From positions 144,896,001 through 144,960,000 of the forward strand of contig NC_058368.1 in NCBI RefSeq assembly GCF_018350175.1: a stretch of DNA of 64,000 bases, given 5' to 3'. Positions 26,497 to 38,649 of this stretch are shown one piece after another (within the stretch, counting starts at the first letter, position 1; each line of letters opens with the position of its first letter). Origin of the DNA: Felis catus (lineage: Eukaryota). The position numbers were made by a program, and so were the translations under genes. The notes under the pieces were generated by a model. The model saw nothing but the letters and a program-made list of their open reading frames with translations, had not been told where the DNA came from and made no database searches.

Positions 26497-27699
26497 TCAC
26501 CATAATATTTTCTAATATTTTAATAGTTTTTAGAAAACATAAATATGACTTTTCAACACCAGAATATTCTCTCCTTCTTGAGATTACCATGTATTCTTTC
26601 TCTGTCAAGTAAATTTCTAGTAATCCCCTAAGGGTCTGTTTAAAAATCAAGACTTTCCTTCTATTTCTTCAGCACTTTGTTCACACCATCATCATACAGG
26701 ATTCCGTACACTGTAGTATAATGTGTGCCCTGGTGTGAAGGAAATCCACTTCAGAGGAAAGAACACAAAACCATAGCAGAGCAAGTCATTATCTTAATGC
26801 TAGGGAAATTAATCCATAAAATAAAACTGGTATTCACAAGAATCCTTAAAATTGAGGTGGCAATACATAAATCACCTTATATCTTATTTTAAATATTTCA
26901 GAATGGCTTTAGAAACTCTTTAAATATTAGCCTTTGAGAATAAACTGATAATAAAGAAAATTTAAAATCATTAAAAATGACTGTCTTTAAAATCCCACTT
27001 AAGCATTCTCTGTGTACCATTTATATACTATATATACTACATACTTGTATATTCTTTATACAATTTTTCTATATACTATATTTTATTTTCAAACCACAAT
27101 TTACAAAAAATCAGTGACAAAGGGAAGATAATACTGATTTTTTTAGAATGGACAAATGTAACATTTAGAACAAGAATTAGAAGAAACCAGCTCTTTCTCT
27201 TTCCTCATACTACCTGCAAGTTAGATTGCTCTTCTGAAGATTGTTCTAAAACATACAATTTTACAGGACTTACCTAACATAAAATAACTGAAATTTTTTA
27301 GGACAAAATTATTCATGTAAGATTTGCTTATAATTTTGAAAGAAATAGTATCTTTTTAAAATACAAAGAAACAATTACCAAGTTTAAGAAAATATGAACT
27401 TAAAAATATTAAAAAAATGAATACTCAAACAGTAACTTCTTCACAAAATTACTCAATGGAAGTTTTATAAGCTTTCTATTGTACAATTATAATAAAATCT
27501 GACTTATCAAATTTTATTTGAATGTAACTTTTTGACACATTTTATAGCACAAAGTTGTACTTTTTTAGAGTTTACTAGATCAGCCTCCTTACTCTGTAAA
27601 GAAAACCAAAGACCTAATTTTTTACCTGCCATTTTAGTTTTCTTACAGAGAAAACAGTTCCAGTAATACCTTTACAGAATGAAGGCAGGTACACATACA

Positions 27700-27890
27700 A
27701 CCGGGGGACCATAAATAAACTGCCTGACTTGGCACTTTCTCCTTGGCCCCCCAGCAATGGTGCTACCATTCACTTAATGCAGAATTCTTTACCCTTGCTA
27801 GTTACCACTCAACCAGGAAAAGCTGAAAAGGCAGTGGTATTTCAGGTAAGTAAGTTTATTTGCATACAAAGCACTAATTAGCATGTGCTC
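27700..27890. promoter_or_regulatory. Candidate intronic enhancer (POU/SOX/homeodomain motif cluster)
   Basis: ATTTGCAT-ACAAAG 27858-27871, CTAATTAG 27874-27881, ATTAGCAT 27877-27884, CCATAAATAAAC near 27710; motif evidence only. Confidence 0.4.
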
Positions 27891-28355
27891 TTGATTCACT
27901 GAACTAAAAGCAATGCAACAATTGAAATAAAATAAATTTAGTAACCTCTAGCTATCTTAAATACTTTCGGTAGGGTTTTGATAATATATGTTGTCTTGAC
28001 TGCACTTATTTATGTTTTTAAGTCACATGCCAAAAGGGAATAGAAGATGAGTGGGGAATGGTGATAAATGGATGTGGAATGATTAGAAGCGTATCACCAT
28101 TATAATCAAACTGTTCATTATAATATGATAACTTATAATGAGGTTCATGAGAAAGGAAAGGAAGCAGTTAGCACATTCTAAGAGAGAACGCACAGAGCTG
28201 CATTCAGTAAATATTTGGTTGGTTCCATAGCTGGTTCATTGACTAAAAGAATGAACAACATTGATGGAAGACTAAAAACCAGCACAAAATAAAGTTTCGT
28301 TCCCTTGTGTAAAATCTCCCTTGACCAATGTGTCTTGTTAAAAATAGATAATATT

Positions 28356-28570
28356 GGGGCACCTAGGTGGCTCAGTTGGTTAAGCATCCAACTTTGGCTC
28401 AGGTCATGATCTCTCAGTGCATGAGTTCAAGCCCCACGTTGGTCTCTGTGCTGACAGCTCAGAGCCTGGAGCCTGCTTTGCATTCTGTGTTTCCCTCTCT
28501 CTCTGCCCCTCCCCTGCTCTCTCTCTCTCTCTCTCTTAAAAATAAATAAACATTAAAAAATTTTTTTTAA
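28356..28570 (+). mobile_element. CAN-SINE (felid)
   Basis: Full structure. Confidence 0.92.
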
Positions 28571-29817
28571 ATACACAGTATCTATTGACAATGTAAACAG
28601 TAAGCCACAGTATTAGCACAGTATATCTGCTTTGTCTAGTGAGAACATAGTTATAAATTAGAGGGGAGAATTCTGCTTGATTAAATAGGATAATTTATAT
28701 TTTCCAGAGGACAGGTAAGGAGCAAAGTGTTGACCCCAACAAGATACTACATTATAATTACAATATCCCTATGAACATCTAAGAGAATTTATAATTTAGA
28801 TGACTAATAAGGCCTTTTACTCCCTCCTATCACTTTCGGGTTTCTTTTACTGTTTCTGGGTGTCAGGGTTAAAAATAATGTTTCTTAGTTTTATAGACTA
28901 GCAGTGTTTAGTTGCCAGTTTTTGGTATAAAAGGATATCAGGTTAATTTACATATGATTTGGCAAAACAAACAAAACAGAACAAAACTGTGGTGACTTAA
29001 TTGAACTTCCTGAAGCTCAGACCAGCCTTGAGAACTGCTAACAATTCATTTGCAGTTCATTTTTCAGCTGTCTCATACAGTGCTGTGTTTATACAGGGAA
29101 CCTTACCTCCTCTTTCTAGACTGAAATATATTCAAAGAGTGATAATCCTCAGGTCTCAGAAACAACATGGTTAAGCATACAGATTTTTTTCCCACTAAGG
29201 AAGAGCTCAGCATTTGAGTAAGAACATTTAACATTCTACCTTCTTAATATTATATTGTTTTTAGCACATAACCATTAGTCCAAAAATCTGTAAGAAAATG
29301 GTTATTTGCCAAGGAGTAATTTGCTTCTATCACTATTTAGGCAATAACAAGAGATGCAAAGTTACATATAGACAGAAAAAATATTATATTAATTACATAA
29401 AGATCAAATATGTAGCTCACTTGGTCCTGTGAAGATATGGCTTTAGACAGATTTAATCTTTCTTCTTCTATTTTTAATGCACTGTTTTAAGCAGACAAAG
29501 GGAATAAGACACAATTTTATGACATGAAAATTATTCTAGAATCTTTCAAGGAAAAAACTTCTCTGAAACAAAACTTTTAGAAATGATAAATAAAGTAGGT
29601 TATAATTATTTTTTATACTTCTGGAAAGGTAGTAAAAAATATGTTCACTATACTATTTTATCCAAAGAAAAAACGTTCTTTTAAACACTAAATATTACTT
29701 TTTACTCATTCTGTGTCTATTTTTTAATTAATTTAGTTCTCTTTACTGTATACAACTTTCCTATGTAGATTTCTCTACTTTGCTATTCCATATTTTACTT
29801 ACAAGTAAATCTCTATC

Positions 29818-30016
29818 TTTTTTTTAAGTTTATTTATTTTTGAGAGAGGGAGCGAGACAGCATGGAAGGGGCAGAAAGAGAAAGAATCCTAAGCAGGATC
29901 CTCACCATCTGCACGGGAGCCCAGAGTGGGGCTGGAACTCATGATCTCATGGATCTCAGGAACCATGAGATTATGACCTGAGCCAATATTAAGGGTCTGA
30001 CACTTAACTGACTCAG
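29818..30016 (-). mobile_element. Degenerate CAN-SINE
   Basis: T tail, gagagaggg, catgagattatgacctgagcc. Confidence 0.8.
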
Positions 30017-30852
30017 AAGTAAATTTTTATCTTAATTCTAACTTTCCTAAAGTCATGAGCTATCAATAATAAATAATACTGAAATTATTATTTTGAATAA
30101 CCATTAGGGTTGTGACTTCTGTATTTCACTACAGCCATCTTTCATATAGTAAAAGTGTTCACATATTTCAATTCTTATAATTCCATGAGATGCTTCATGA
30201 GTTTTCTGTAGAAAAGTAATGAAGCATAAATTATACATCAAATGAATTTCGTCAAAGTTACTTTACAATTCATATATCTTAATTTGTTTAGTTTCTTTTC
30301 TGTTTTCCATAAAAACCTCCATCAGACATTACTGACACCCCAGTGGATAAGACACTCTTGATTAACACATTTTAATTCCAACCAGTATTAAACTAATTTA
30401 GCTCACAAAATGACATACTTGTGCTAGCGCATTCTGCTGATAAGCATAAATATGTAGCTTATCTCCCATACATCTTAGATATTCTATCATCATCAACACT
30501 TAATTAAAATAACTCATATAAAATAACTGTAAAGTATTACCAGATCCAGTTTTCTAGATGCTATTTTGGCAAGGCTAATCCAATTCAGCACAGAATTATA
30601 AGCAGGTTGATTCTTTTAATATGGATTTAGTCTAAGCATAAAAATTGCTCACTTACATTATGAGCCTTTTCAAGAAGATGAGACTATTTTTCAACCCTTC
30701 ATTACCTATGTTAGAGGTGTGTGGCAATGGACTTCTGGATTCTGAAAGGGGATCATGCTGTCTGCTGGTCTATAAAAGTTTGACAACATTTTACAAAAAA
30801 CTTTAATAATTTGTTTTAAATCAGTTTATATTCACAAATACATACAGACACA

Positions 30853-30856
<4 letters not shown>

Positions 30857-30891
<35 letters not shown>
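30857..30891. repeat. (TG)~17 perfect microsatellite
   Basis: Direct reading. Confidence 0.95.
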
Positions 30892-30892
<1 letters not shown>

Positions 30893-31259
30893 TGTGAGGC
30901 AAGTAGCTGGAGTCCTACATAAGCTAAATCTGGCTCTGTACTGCCTCTTGCTACAAACTAAAGTCCCTGACAGATCAACCCATATTAGTATATTTAAAAA
31001 ATGACACTATGGGTATGAAAATACATATTTATATGTATATAAATTTAGGATTTATAATTTAGGATAAAGTATCACACTGACTCCATCAAAAAAGAAGCTA
31101 AAGCAATCATTTTTCAAAACCACTCATAGTTTTTCATTGAAGAATGCCAAAGGATTCCCTTCTTCCTTTCCCCTATTTTATATTCATACTTACAGGTAAA
31201 TTTGTTTCACATGACAGTATAGGAGAGAGGTACTTTAATGTACCTTAATGTACCATTGT

Positions 31260-31261
31260 GA

Positions 31262-31308
<47 letters not shown>

Positions 31309-31343
31309 GAAGGAAGGAAGGAAGGAAGGAAGGAAGGAAGGAA
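31260..31343. repeat. (GAAA)n(GGAA)n compound tetranucleotide microsatellite
   Basis: Direct reading. Confidence 0.95.
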
Positions 31344-31539
31344 AAGGAAAGAAATTAGCTAGTTCGTTCTTATTCTTCTGATAATATGGTAGGGACATTT
31401 CCACTGATCAAGCAGTAGTCTTTTCAAATTCTCAAGTAGCAATAACAGTGTTTGTTAAACAAACTGACCTATAACCTTGGTCTTCTAATACAAGTGGCGA
31501 ATTATATATATATATTTGCTTTCTTTAAAAATGAAATGA

Positions 31540-31752
31540 GGGGCGCCTGGGTGGCACAGTCGGTTAAGCGTCTGACTTCAGCCAGGTCACGATCTCGCGG
31601 TCCGTGAGTTCGAGCCCCGTGTCGGGCTCTGGGCTGATGGCTCAGAGCCTGGAGCCTGTTTCCGATTCTGTGTCTCCCTCTCTCTCTGCCCCTCCCCCGT
31701 TCATGCTCTGTCTCTCTCTGTCCCAAAAATAAATAAAAAACGTTGAAAAAAA
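31540..31752 (+). mobile_element. Young felid CAN-SINE
   Basis: CpG-rich; perfect TSD taaaaatgaaatga at 31526-31539 and 31753-31766. Confidence 0.95.
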
Positions 31753-32409
31753 TAAAAATGAAATGATACTCTCATATTCACTTGGTTACTTACCTGTAAA
31801 CATAAAATCTCTATTCTCAATTCATGTCTGAACTATTTGAAATAGTCTTTCTACACAACAGGTTTTTACAGAAATTGTTAATGCATCAGAAAGTCTGTTT
31901 TGAAACTAGAGCTTACTAATTTGACTAATGCTAAAATCTATAGAAATAAGCACTATGAGAAAATTCAAACTACACAAAGTTTTTTCTCCATCTCCAATTT
32001 AAAATATACATTTTTATGTACAAGCCTTATATAGATATATGTACACAAAACTGAAGACAAATTCAACTGGAAAATATATTTACTGATGCCAAAGTATCTA
32101 CAATCTATTATAGAATATTAAAATGACAGATAACAGGTAGCATTCACATTTGCAAGCACTGCAAACAATTAATTCTATTTTACTTTCTCTGAAAAGCATC
32201 CTACTGCTCCGATTAGTCTATTCCCTGGCATTCTATCTTCGACTCAAGATTACACCAGCTTGCTGGGGGTAATGGATGATACCTCGCAATAGCCTATATG
32301 CTCTTCTCACAGGCACCAGCAGAGCTGTTTTCTTTGTTCCTCGGCAGGGATGAACAGTTTATAATAGCCAACACTTCACTCCCAGCAGCATTTCTTTGGC
32401 CTCCCGACT

Positions 32410-33538
32410 TCTCGCTCTAACTACAGCATCATCTCTTGCTTTCCCTTTAGAGCAAAACTCAATGTTGGGCACACTTGCTATCTCCCCTTTCTCTCTTCCC
32501 ACTTTATCCTGAATCTACTTTTAGCAGGCTTTCATGCTCATCACTACACTGAAACTGGCCTTATCAAGGCCACAAATTACCTCCTTGTTAAAATTCAATG
32601 GTCAATTGTCAGTCTTCAACTAATTTAAACTATCAGTAGCATTTGGCACAGCTGAATATTCCTCCCCTTGAAACATTTTCTCCATGTGGCTTCCAGGATA
32701 CCACATTATCTGGTTTTCTTATTATCTCTTGGCCTGCTCCTTCTCATTTTTCTTCACTGCTCCCTCCTCATCTCCCCGGCTTCTTGACGTTAGAGTGCAC
32801 TAGGTCCATTGTAGACCTTCTTGTCTCCATCTATACTATCTTGGTGTTCTCTTCCAGGCTCAGAGCTCTAAATATTATCCACATCCTAATAACTCCTAAA
32901 TGACTCTAGCCTAAGCCTGAACCATAAAACTGCAGGCTGATATTCTGTTCCCTACTAAACATCTCCTGATTCTCTAATAGCCATCTTAGTCTTAACAAGT
33001 TCAAAATTAAGTTTCAGGTATTCTCCCTCATACCTCCTCTTGAAGTTTGATTTACATCAGTAAATGTCAACTCCATTCTTCCATATGAGTAGGTCAAAAG
33101 CCTTGTAGTCACCCTTGTAGTCTTTTTCTCTCACAACACATATCCAAACCATCACCACTATCTGTTGGCTCAAGCTTGAAAATATATCTGGAATCCAACC
33201 ACTTCTCACCACTCTTACTACCTTAGTCCAGAACATAGCAATCTCCCTGTTGTCTCCCCATTTCCCCCCTTCCCTCCTATAGACTAATCTCAACAGAGCA
33301 GCCAGAATAAGACTGTTAAAACCCTCCACTCAGAGTAAAGCCCAAAATTCCTATAATGACCTTATATATCTGACCACCTTATCCAAAACTTTGGCAATAA
33401 TGCCTATTTTCCTTTTAGGTTTCATTTTTCTCCCTCATTATCACAATCTAATATATCATATTTTTAAAAAATAATTATTTTTTTACTGTTTCCTTTAATA
33501 GACTTTAAGTTCTATGGGGACAGGGATTTCTATTTATC
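32410..33538 (+). mobile_element. LINE-2 fragment
   Basis: L2 motifs (aaattcaatggtcaa, ccttgaaacattttctcc, ccacttctcaccact, gactttaagttctatggggacaggga). Confidence 0.75.
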
Positions 33539-33778
33539 TTTTTGTTTCTTTCTTTCTTTTTTTTTTTTAATTCATAAGGGCGCAGGTGGCCCAAGGTCAG
33601 GGCTCTGCAGCTGGCCCTAGTACAGCACTCAGCCTCACAGGCCCCAGTCCTGTCTCTAGGAGCCCACCTCTCACTGAGCTGTGTACCTGCAGCCTCAGTC
33701 CCTCATCCTTCACCCCTGCCACCAACTTCCTTGAGTTGTAGTAAATGTTTGCTCTTATATGTCATCAGCCATCTTTGT

Positions 33779-33956
33779 CAGTAGTTCTCAAATTTTAGTT
33801 TCTAAGACTCATCTGTTCAAAACAAACAGCAACAAAACCACAAAAGATTTCCAGCTCCACTTCTCCCCATCCCCAAGGATTCTGACACACTGGAAGCTGG
33901 GGAGGCTCCAGGACTCTCTTGTGAGTACTACAAAGAACACACTTGGAAGAACATTG
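33779..33956. mobile_element. MER5-like hAT element
   Basis: TIR-like ends cagtagttctcaaa / ttggaagaacattg; internal ccccaaggattctga. Confidence 0.55.
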
Positions 33957-34016
33957 TTCTTAGTCTTTACCTTTTAGGTTTCTTACAAACTATCTAGTGA
34001 CTATATTCAGATGGAA

Positions 34017-34233
34017 TAGGAGTGGGCAATTTTGGCTTACCCACTACATGTGGCCCACCACTTGTTTTTGTAGATAAAGTTTCCCTGAACAGTTTTGCTA
34101 CACAGTGTCCATGGCTGGTTTTTACCTTACAAGGACACTACAACAACAGAGCTAAGTAGTTGTGACTTCGAAGCCTCCAAAGGCTAAAATATTTACTATC
34201 TAGCTTTTTACAGAAAAAATCTTTCAACTCCTC
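34017..34233 (+). mobile_element. MER58A-like hAT-Charlie element
   Basis: tgtttttgtagataaagttt...ctaaaatatttactatctagctttttacagaaaaa resembles MER58A. Confidence 0.75.
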
Positions 34234-35708
34234 ATATAGCGATACATTATTTCAGAACACCACCTAGTGAGAAGCTACCTTTTAAAAAGGCTGAAGACAT
34301 CCTAATGTATAGTTAAGACAAACCTATCCTACCCATAGAGGGGATTTATAATATATCTAATAACCTATTCTTATCTTTAATTCCCCAAAGAATGGTGACC
34401 ATTTTGTTTCTGTAACCGACATTAAATAAAAAACTAAAATTGTTATAAACTGCCTTTGTATATTTGCAATTTGCTATATATGCCCCCCCCCCCCCCGCAA
34501 CACACACCAAAGTAGCTATAATAAAAACTGAAGCACTCCAGGAAGGATTTTCAATAAAGAGATCTTTTCAAAAGAAAAATCGTCATCTCAAATTAGCTGA
34601 AAAACAGATAAGCTATCACAGATGTAACTTTAAAATATGATATTTTATTGCTTCACACAAAATATCCTGACACCTTTAGACAGCAGAAGGATCATTAAAG
34701 TGAAAGGAAAACCAATGTTGGTCTATGATAGCCAAGTTAACTTTTTCCTAAATATTCATTTTGGTAAATAAACCCAAACAGTAGGGTTTCTAACAGGAAA
34801 CAGTTTCATTCCTAACTAGAAACCCATGGATTAAATCTGAAGCCCTGATACACTCTTTGCTCTCTGTTCATCTAGTTACTGCTATAGAATCCTTAGTTGT
34901 TTGAAACTGTGATTTAAAAAAAAAAAAGCTTACTTGGTTACTCAAGCTGAGCAGTTTTAATTTGTTCTAATAGTTGAGGCCAGAACAAGTTGCCATTACC
35001 TGGTCTATTACCACAACTGCAGGAAAGCATTATCAAAGCCAGCAGCTATTAGACACCTTTATTTTTTTAGGCTCCTTTTATCTTTGTATTAGAGAAAGAC
35101 TTGTTTTAGTTTTGATGTTTAGAATCTCTGTTCTTTAAAGATTCAAAATTGTTGTTTTAAAAATAAAATTAAACTTAATTTTTATGTCTTGACTTTTGGT
35201 AAATAAGCAACCTTCCCACTTCCACGCTCCAAATCCCAGTGTATTTAGTTATGAAAAATACTATTTTTAATATTTGGATTTTTAAACTATGTATACTGGA
35301 ATTGTTAGGTGTTGCAGTTCAGTAAGTCAAGTCTACCTGAGATTTTCAGTACCCTACTGATTCAAACTAAGAAAAGATATACTAATTTTTTGGCTCATTA
35401 TCTAAGATTAGAGATGCTATCTATAACTTGTAGGGAGAGGGAAGGGGAGTTTCTCCTGGTTTAGATTATTACCTAAAACTAACTCTGAAATGGCCATAGT
35501 CAGGAACGGTAAGAGGAAAGGAAAATCACTGGGAGTAAAGACAATATGAAGGTTAATGATAAAAGGGAATTGAGAAAGCATGTAGACTATTTAACTTTCT
35601 GTAGAAATAACAGGGTAAAAAGGGTGCTACTGGTTAGAATAGTTGTATAGAAGTTTGGATAGGAACAGCACAGCAGATGAGTGTACTTAGTTTGAAAAAA
35701 AAAAAACG

Positions 35709-35909
35709 TTTTTTAATGTTTATTTATTTTTGAGAGAGAGAGCGCAAGTGCAGGAGGGGCAGAGAGAGAGGGAGACACAAAATCCAAAGCAGGCTCCAGT
35801 CTCTGAGCTGTCAGCGCAGAGCCCGACAAGGGGCTTGAACTCAAGAGTTGTGAGATCATGACCTGAGCTGAAGTCAGGAGCTCAACTGACTGAGCCACCC
35901 AGGCGCCCC
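35709..35909 (-). mobile_element. CAN-SINE (felid)
   Basis: Full structure, ends gagccacccaggcgcccc. Confidence 0.92.
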
Positions 35910-36367
35910 AAAAGGTATCTTCAAAATACACCACTTATCTCCAGAAATAAATTAAATATCCACCTCAAGAAACATAACGAGGGCTTGTAAATGTGTTTTT
36001 CTTTTCTTTTCGTTTCTTTTCTTTTTCTTTTCTTTTCAGTTTCAAGACCATGAGATTGTTAAATTAAATAATTATTTTTTTCTGAGTTTTTCATTCATTT
36101 TGAAGCTTTTTCTTTTAAAATATCAAGAATATTGTATTACCCTGAGCTTTGTTTTTGTCTTCATTGCTTTATGAATGTCATTTATATTCAGCTTTTTCAG
36201 GTCAATAGCAACACCATGGAGAAAAGGGAAGATTTCTTTCTATTTTTCATTCTTCTTATTGCGTTATTACTATGTCAAAGCATTAGGTCAGCTTGCTACA
36301 GTGCAGTCTTGCTAAAAATAGAACCTTTGGAAAATATACCCGGACCAGGAGAGACATCTGCAAACCA

Positions 36368-36380
36368 CCACTAGATGGCA
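36368..36380 (+). promoter_or_regulatory. Candidate CTCF core site CCACTAGATGGCA
   Basis: Close match to the CTCF core consensus in repeat-free sequence; occupancy unknown. Confidence 0.45.
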
Positions 36381-37513
36381 AAGCAGCTTTCCCATTGCTA
36401 ACATTATGCAGGCAAACAAAATATGACTTACAAACCTGCTGCAACATGTTTTCTACCATATCAGAGTTGCGATCAATTCAGATTTTAAAATATGGACGAC
36501 CACCTCAGTCTGCAAATAAATTGCTTGGTATCCTTTATCTTCAACAAATATTTATAATCTTCTTGATGTCACAGTCTTAAATTTATAACCCAACATCAAT
36601 ATATTATTCGTTTTCAACTGTTTCAGTTAAGAAAACTAAAGATCTAGTGAGTACAGTACTGCAAATTTATCAAGATAAAAATCAAAACAAAACATCACAC
36701 ATGGTAAAAATGAACCAAAGGCTACAGAGTTCAAAATTTACAAGCATATCCCACACTAACTGCATACTTAAAGATATCTACATTAGCACTTATTAAAAGA
36801 TTATGTTTTTATATAAAAGATAAAGATATGTTTAGTTATAGTGACAAAAATACGAGATATAGTTTCCTACTTAAAAGTTTTCTTGTGGTAAAGACCAGAA
36901 AGGAGGGAAAAATAAAGAATTTTCACGACCCGCCCCCCTCAAATTTTCTTGGTTGAAATATAAAATGCCCCTGTCTTCAATGTGGTACACAAGTTGTAAT
37001 AAATTCACAAGAAAAGCTTTCTTGTTACTCAAATCTATAAAATTACAGAACTTCATAAGGTGACAAAGAGTCCAATTTTTTAAACACAAAAGAACAAGAA
37101 CTTTGTTTTGTTTTATGCATTTTACTAAACCATTTTGATTGTTATATTTAAGCAAGAAGGAAATCTAATTGGTTCAAGGAACAATCCTACCTATTCAATA
37201 AATTGCAGGAATCAAACTTTGCCTGTCTTTTCATAAGAATGCTATGAAAATGAATGAATAGCAGATTGATGCTGTCAATACATAATTAATATTTCTTAGC
37301 ATACAATGAAAACTTTGAGTAAGATCCTAGTACAGGGATAGGAGACTCAAAGTAGAGACTCATTCTGAGTGCCTACTATGTGTACCCATACCATGCCACA
37401 ATAACACATTTTCTTCCACTAAAACTGCCAAATTCTAGTTAGGTCAATGGCCGCTTCTATGGTCTTCCCTCTGACCCAGTAGCAAGACTTGCCAATTTAA
37501 GAAAGTTGCTGCA

Positions 37514-37741
37514 GGGGTGCCTAGGTGGCTCAGTCAGTTAAGCATCTGACTTTGGCTCAGATCATGATCTCACAGTTTGTGGGTTTGAGCCCTGAGTCAG
37601 GCTCTGTGCTGACAGCTCAGAGCCTGGAGCCTGATTTGGATTCTGTGTCTTCCTCTCTGCCCCTCTCCTGCTTGTGCTCTGTCTTCCTCTCTCTTAAAAA
37701 TAAATAAACATGAAAAAAATTTTTAATAATTAAAAAAAAAT
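37514..37741 (+). mobile_element. CAN-SINE (felid)
   Basis: Full structure. Confidence 0.92.
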
Positions 37742-38649
37742 AAAGCTGCTCTAAAGTCACTCACCGGTTCCATGGCAGGTCACTTTGAAAATTTATAGGG
37801 GTCTGTATACCAATTACTCCTTAGAGAAAAAACTCTAAATAAATATGTATCTTACTTTAAATGGCTTTATTTTACTAAATTGATACTTCCTTTTGCATGA
37901 CCTATTATTCCAATTAGATTTTACTTAACTGACCTCCAACAAAATAACAGAAGCTCTCCCATTTCAATAAAAATATCAAAGTTGAAGTATGAACCATGTT
38001 AATATCTGTCACAAATAAACACTAATCTAAATTTTACGATATCATCACATAGCGAACAACTCAAAACTACTGATTCAAGTGCTTTATGTGCTAATGACAA
38101 CCTCTTCTTTCCTTAGTTTCATTTTTTTATTACATTTAATAGGCTCAATCCTTTCCTAACCTACTCCCATTCCAGGTGAGCCCAAATAAGTTTTGCCTTT
38201 CCTCACTAAGAATGAGGATTCAAAACTATTCTTCTCTTACTCTGGATAATTCTTGGAGTTGAATGTCTCTTCAGAATTGAATTAGAAACTGGTATTTGGG
38301 CTTGAATTGTGGTTGTCTGCTGTTATTTCTACTCACATAAGGTAGTACTTCTCATTAACAACAGGCATTATGGCCAGGATCACACTGAAGTACTGACCAA
38401 TCACTGTAGGAAACCAAGGCTGATATTTAGGAAACATTTGAGTAGACTAACTCCATCATTATACGTACCAAAAGATGATGACATTCCATTTCTTTTTTAA
38501 AAGTTTGATGGTTTGAGTTATTCATTATTTCAAAGAGGTATTCCTAGGGAGACTGGACATTAAGCCCATTGAATGGGGTAAAAGAGTAGCTGGGATTAGG
38601 TAGAATGGTCTCCCTGGATAAAGGAGAATGACATATACCAAACTCAAAC

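Noticed and set aside
34483..34497. Poly-C run
   Set aside because: Isolated homopolymer with no associated structure.
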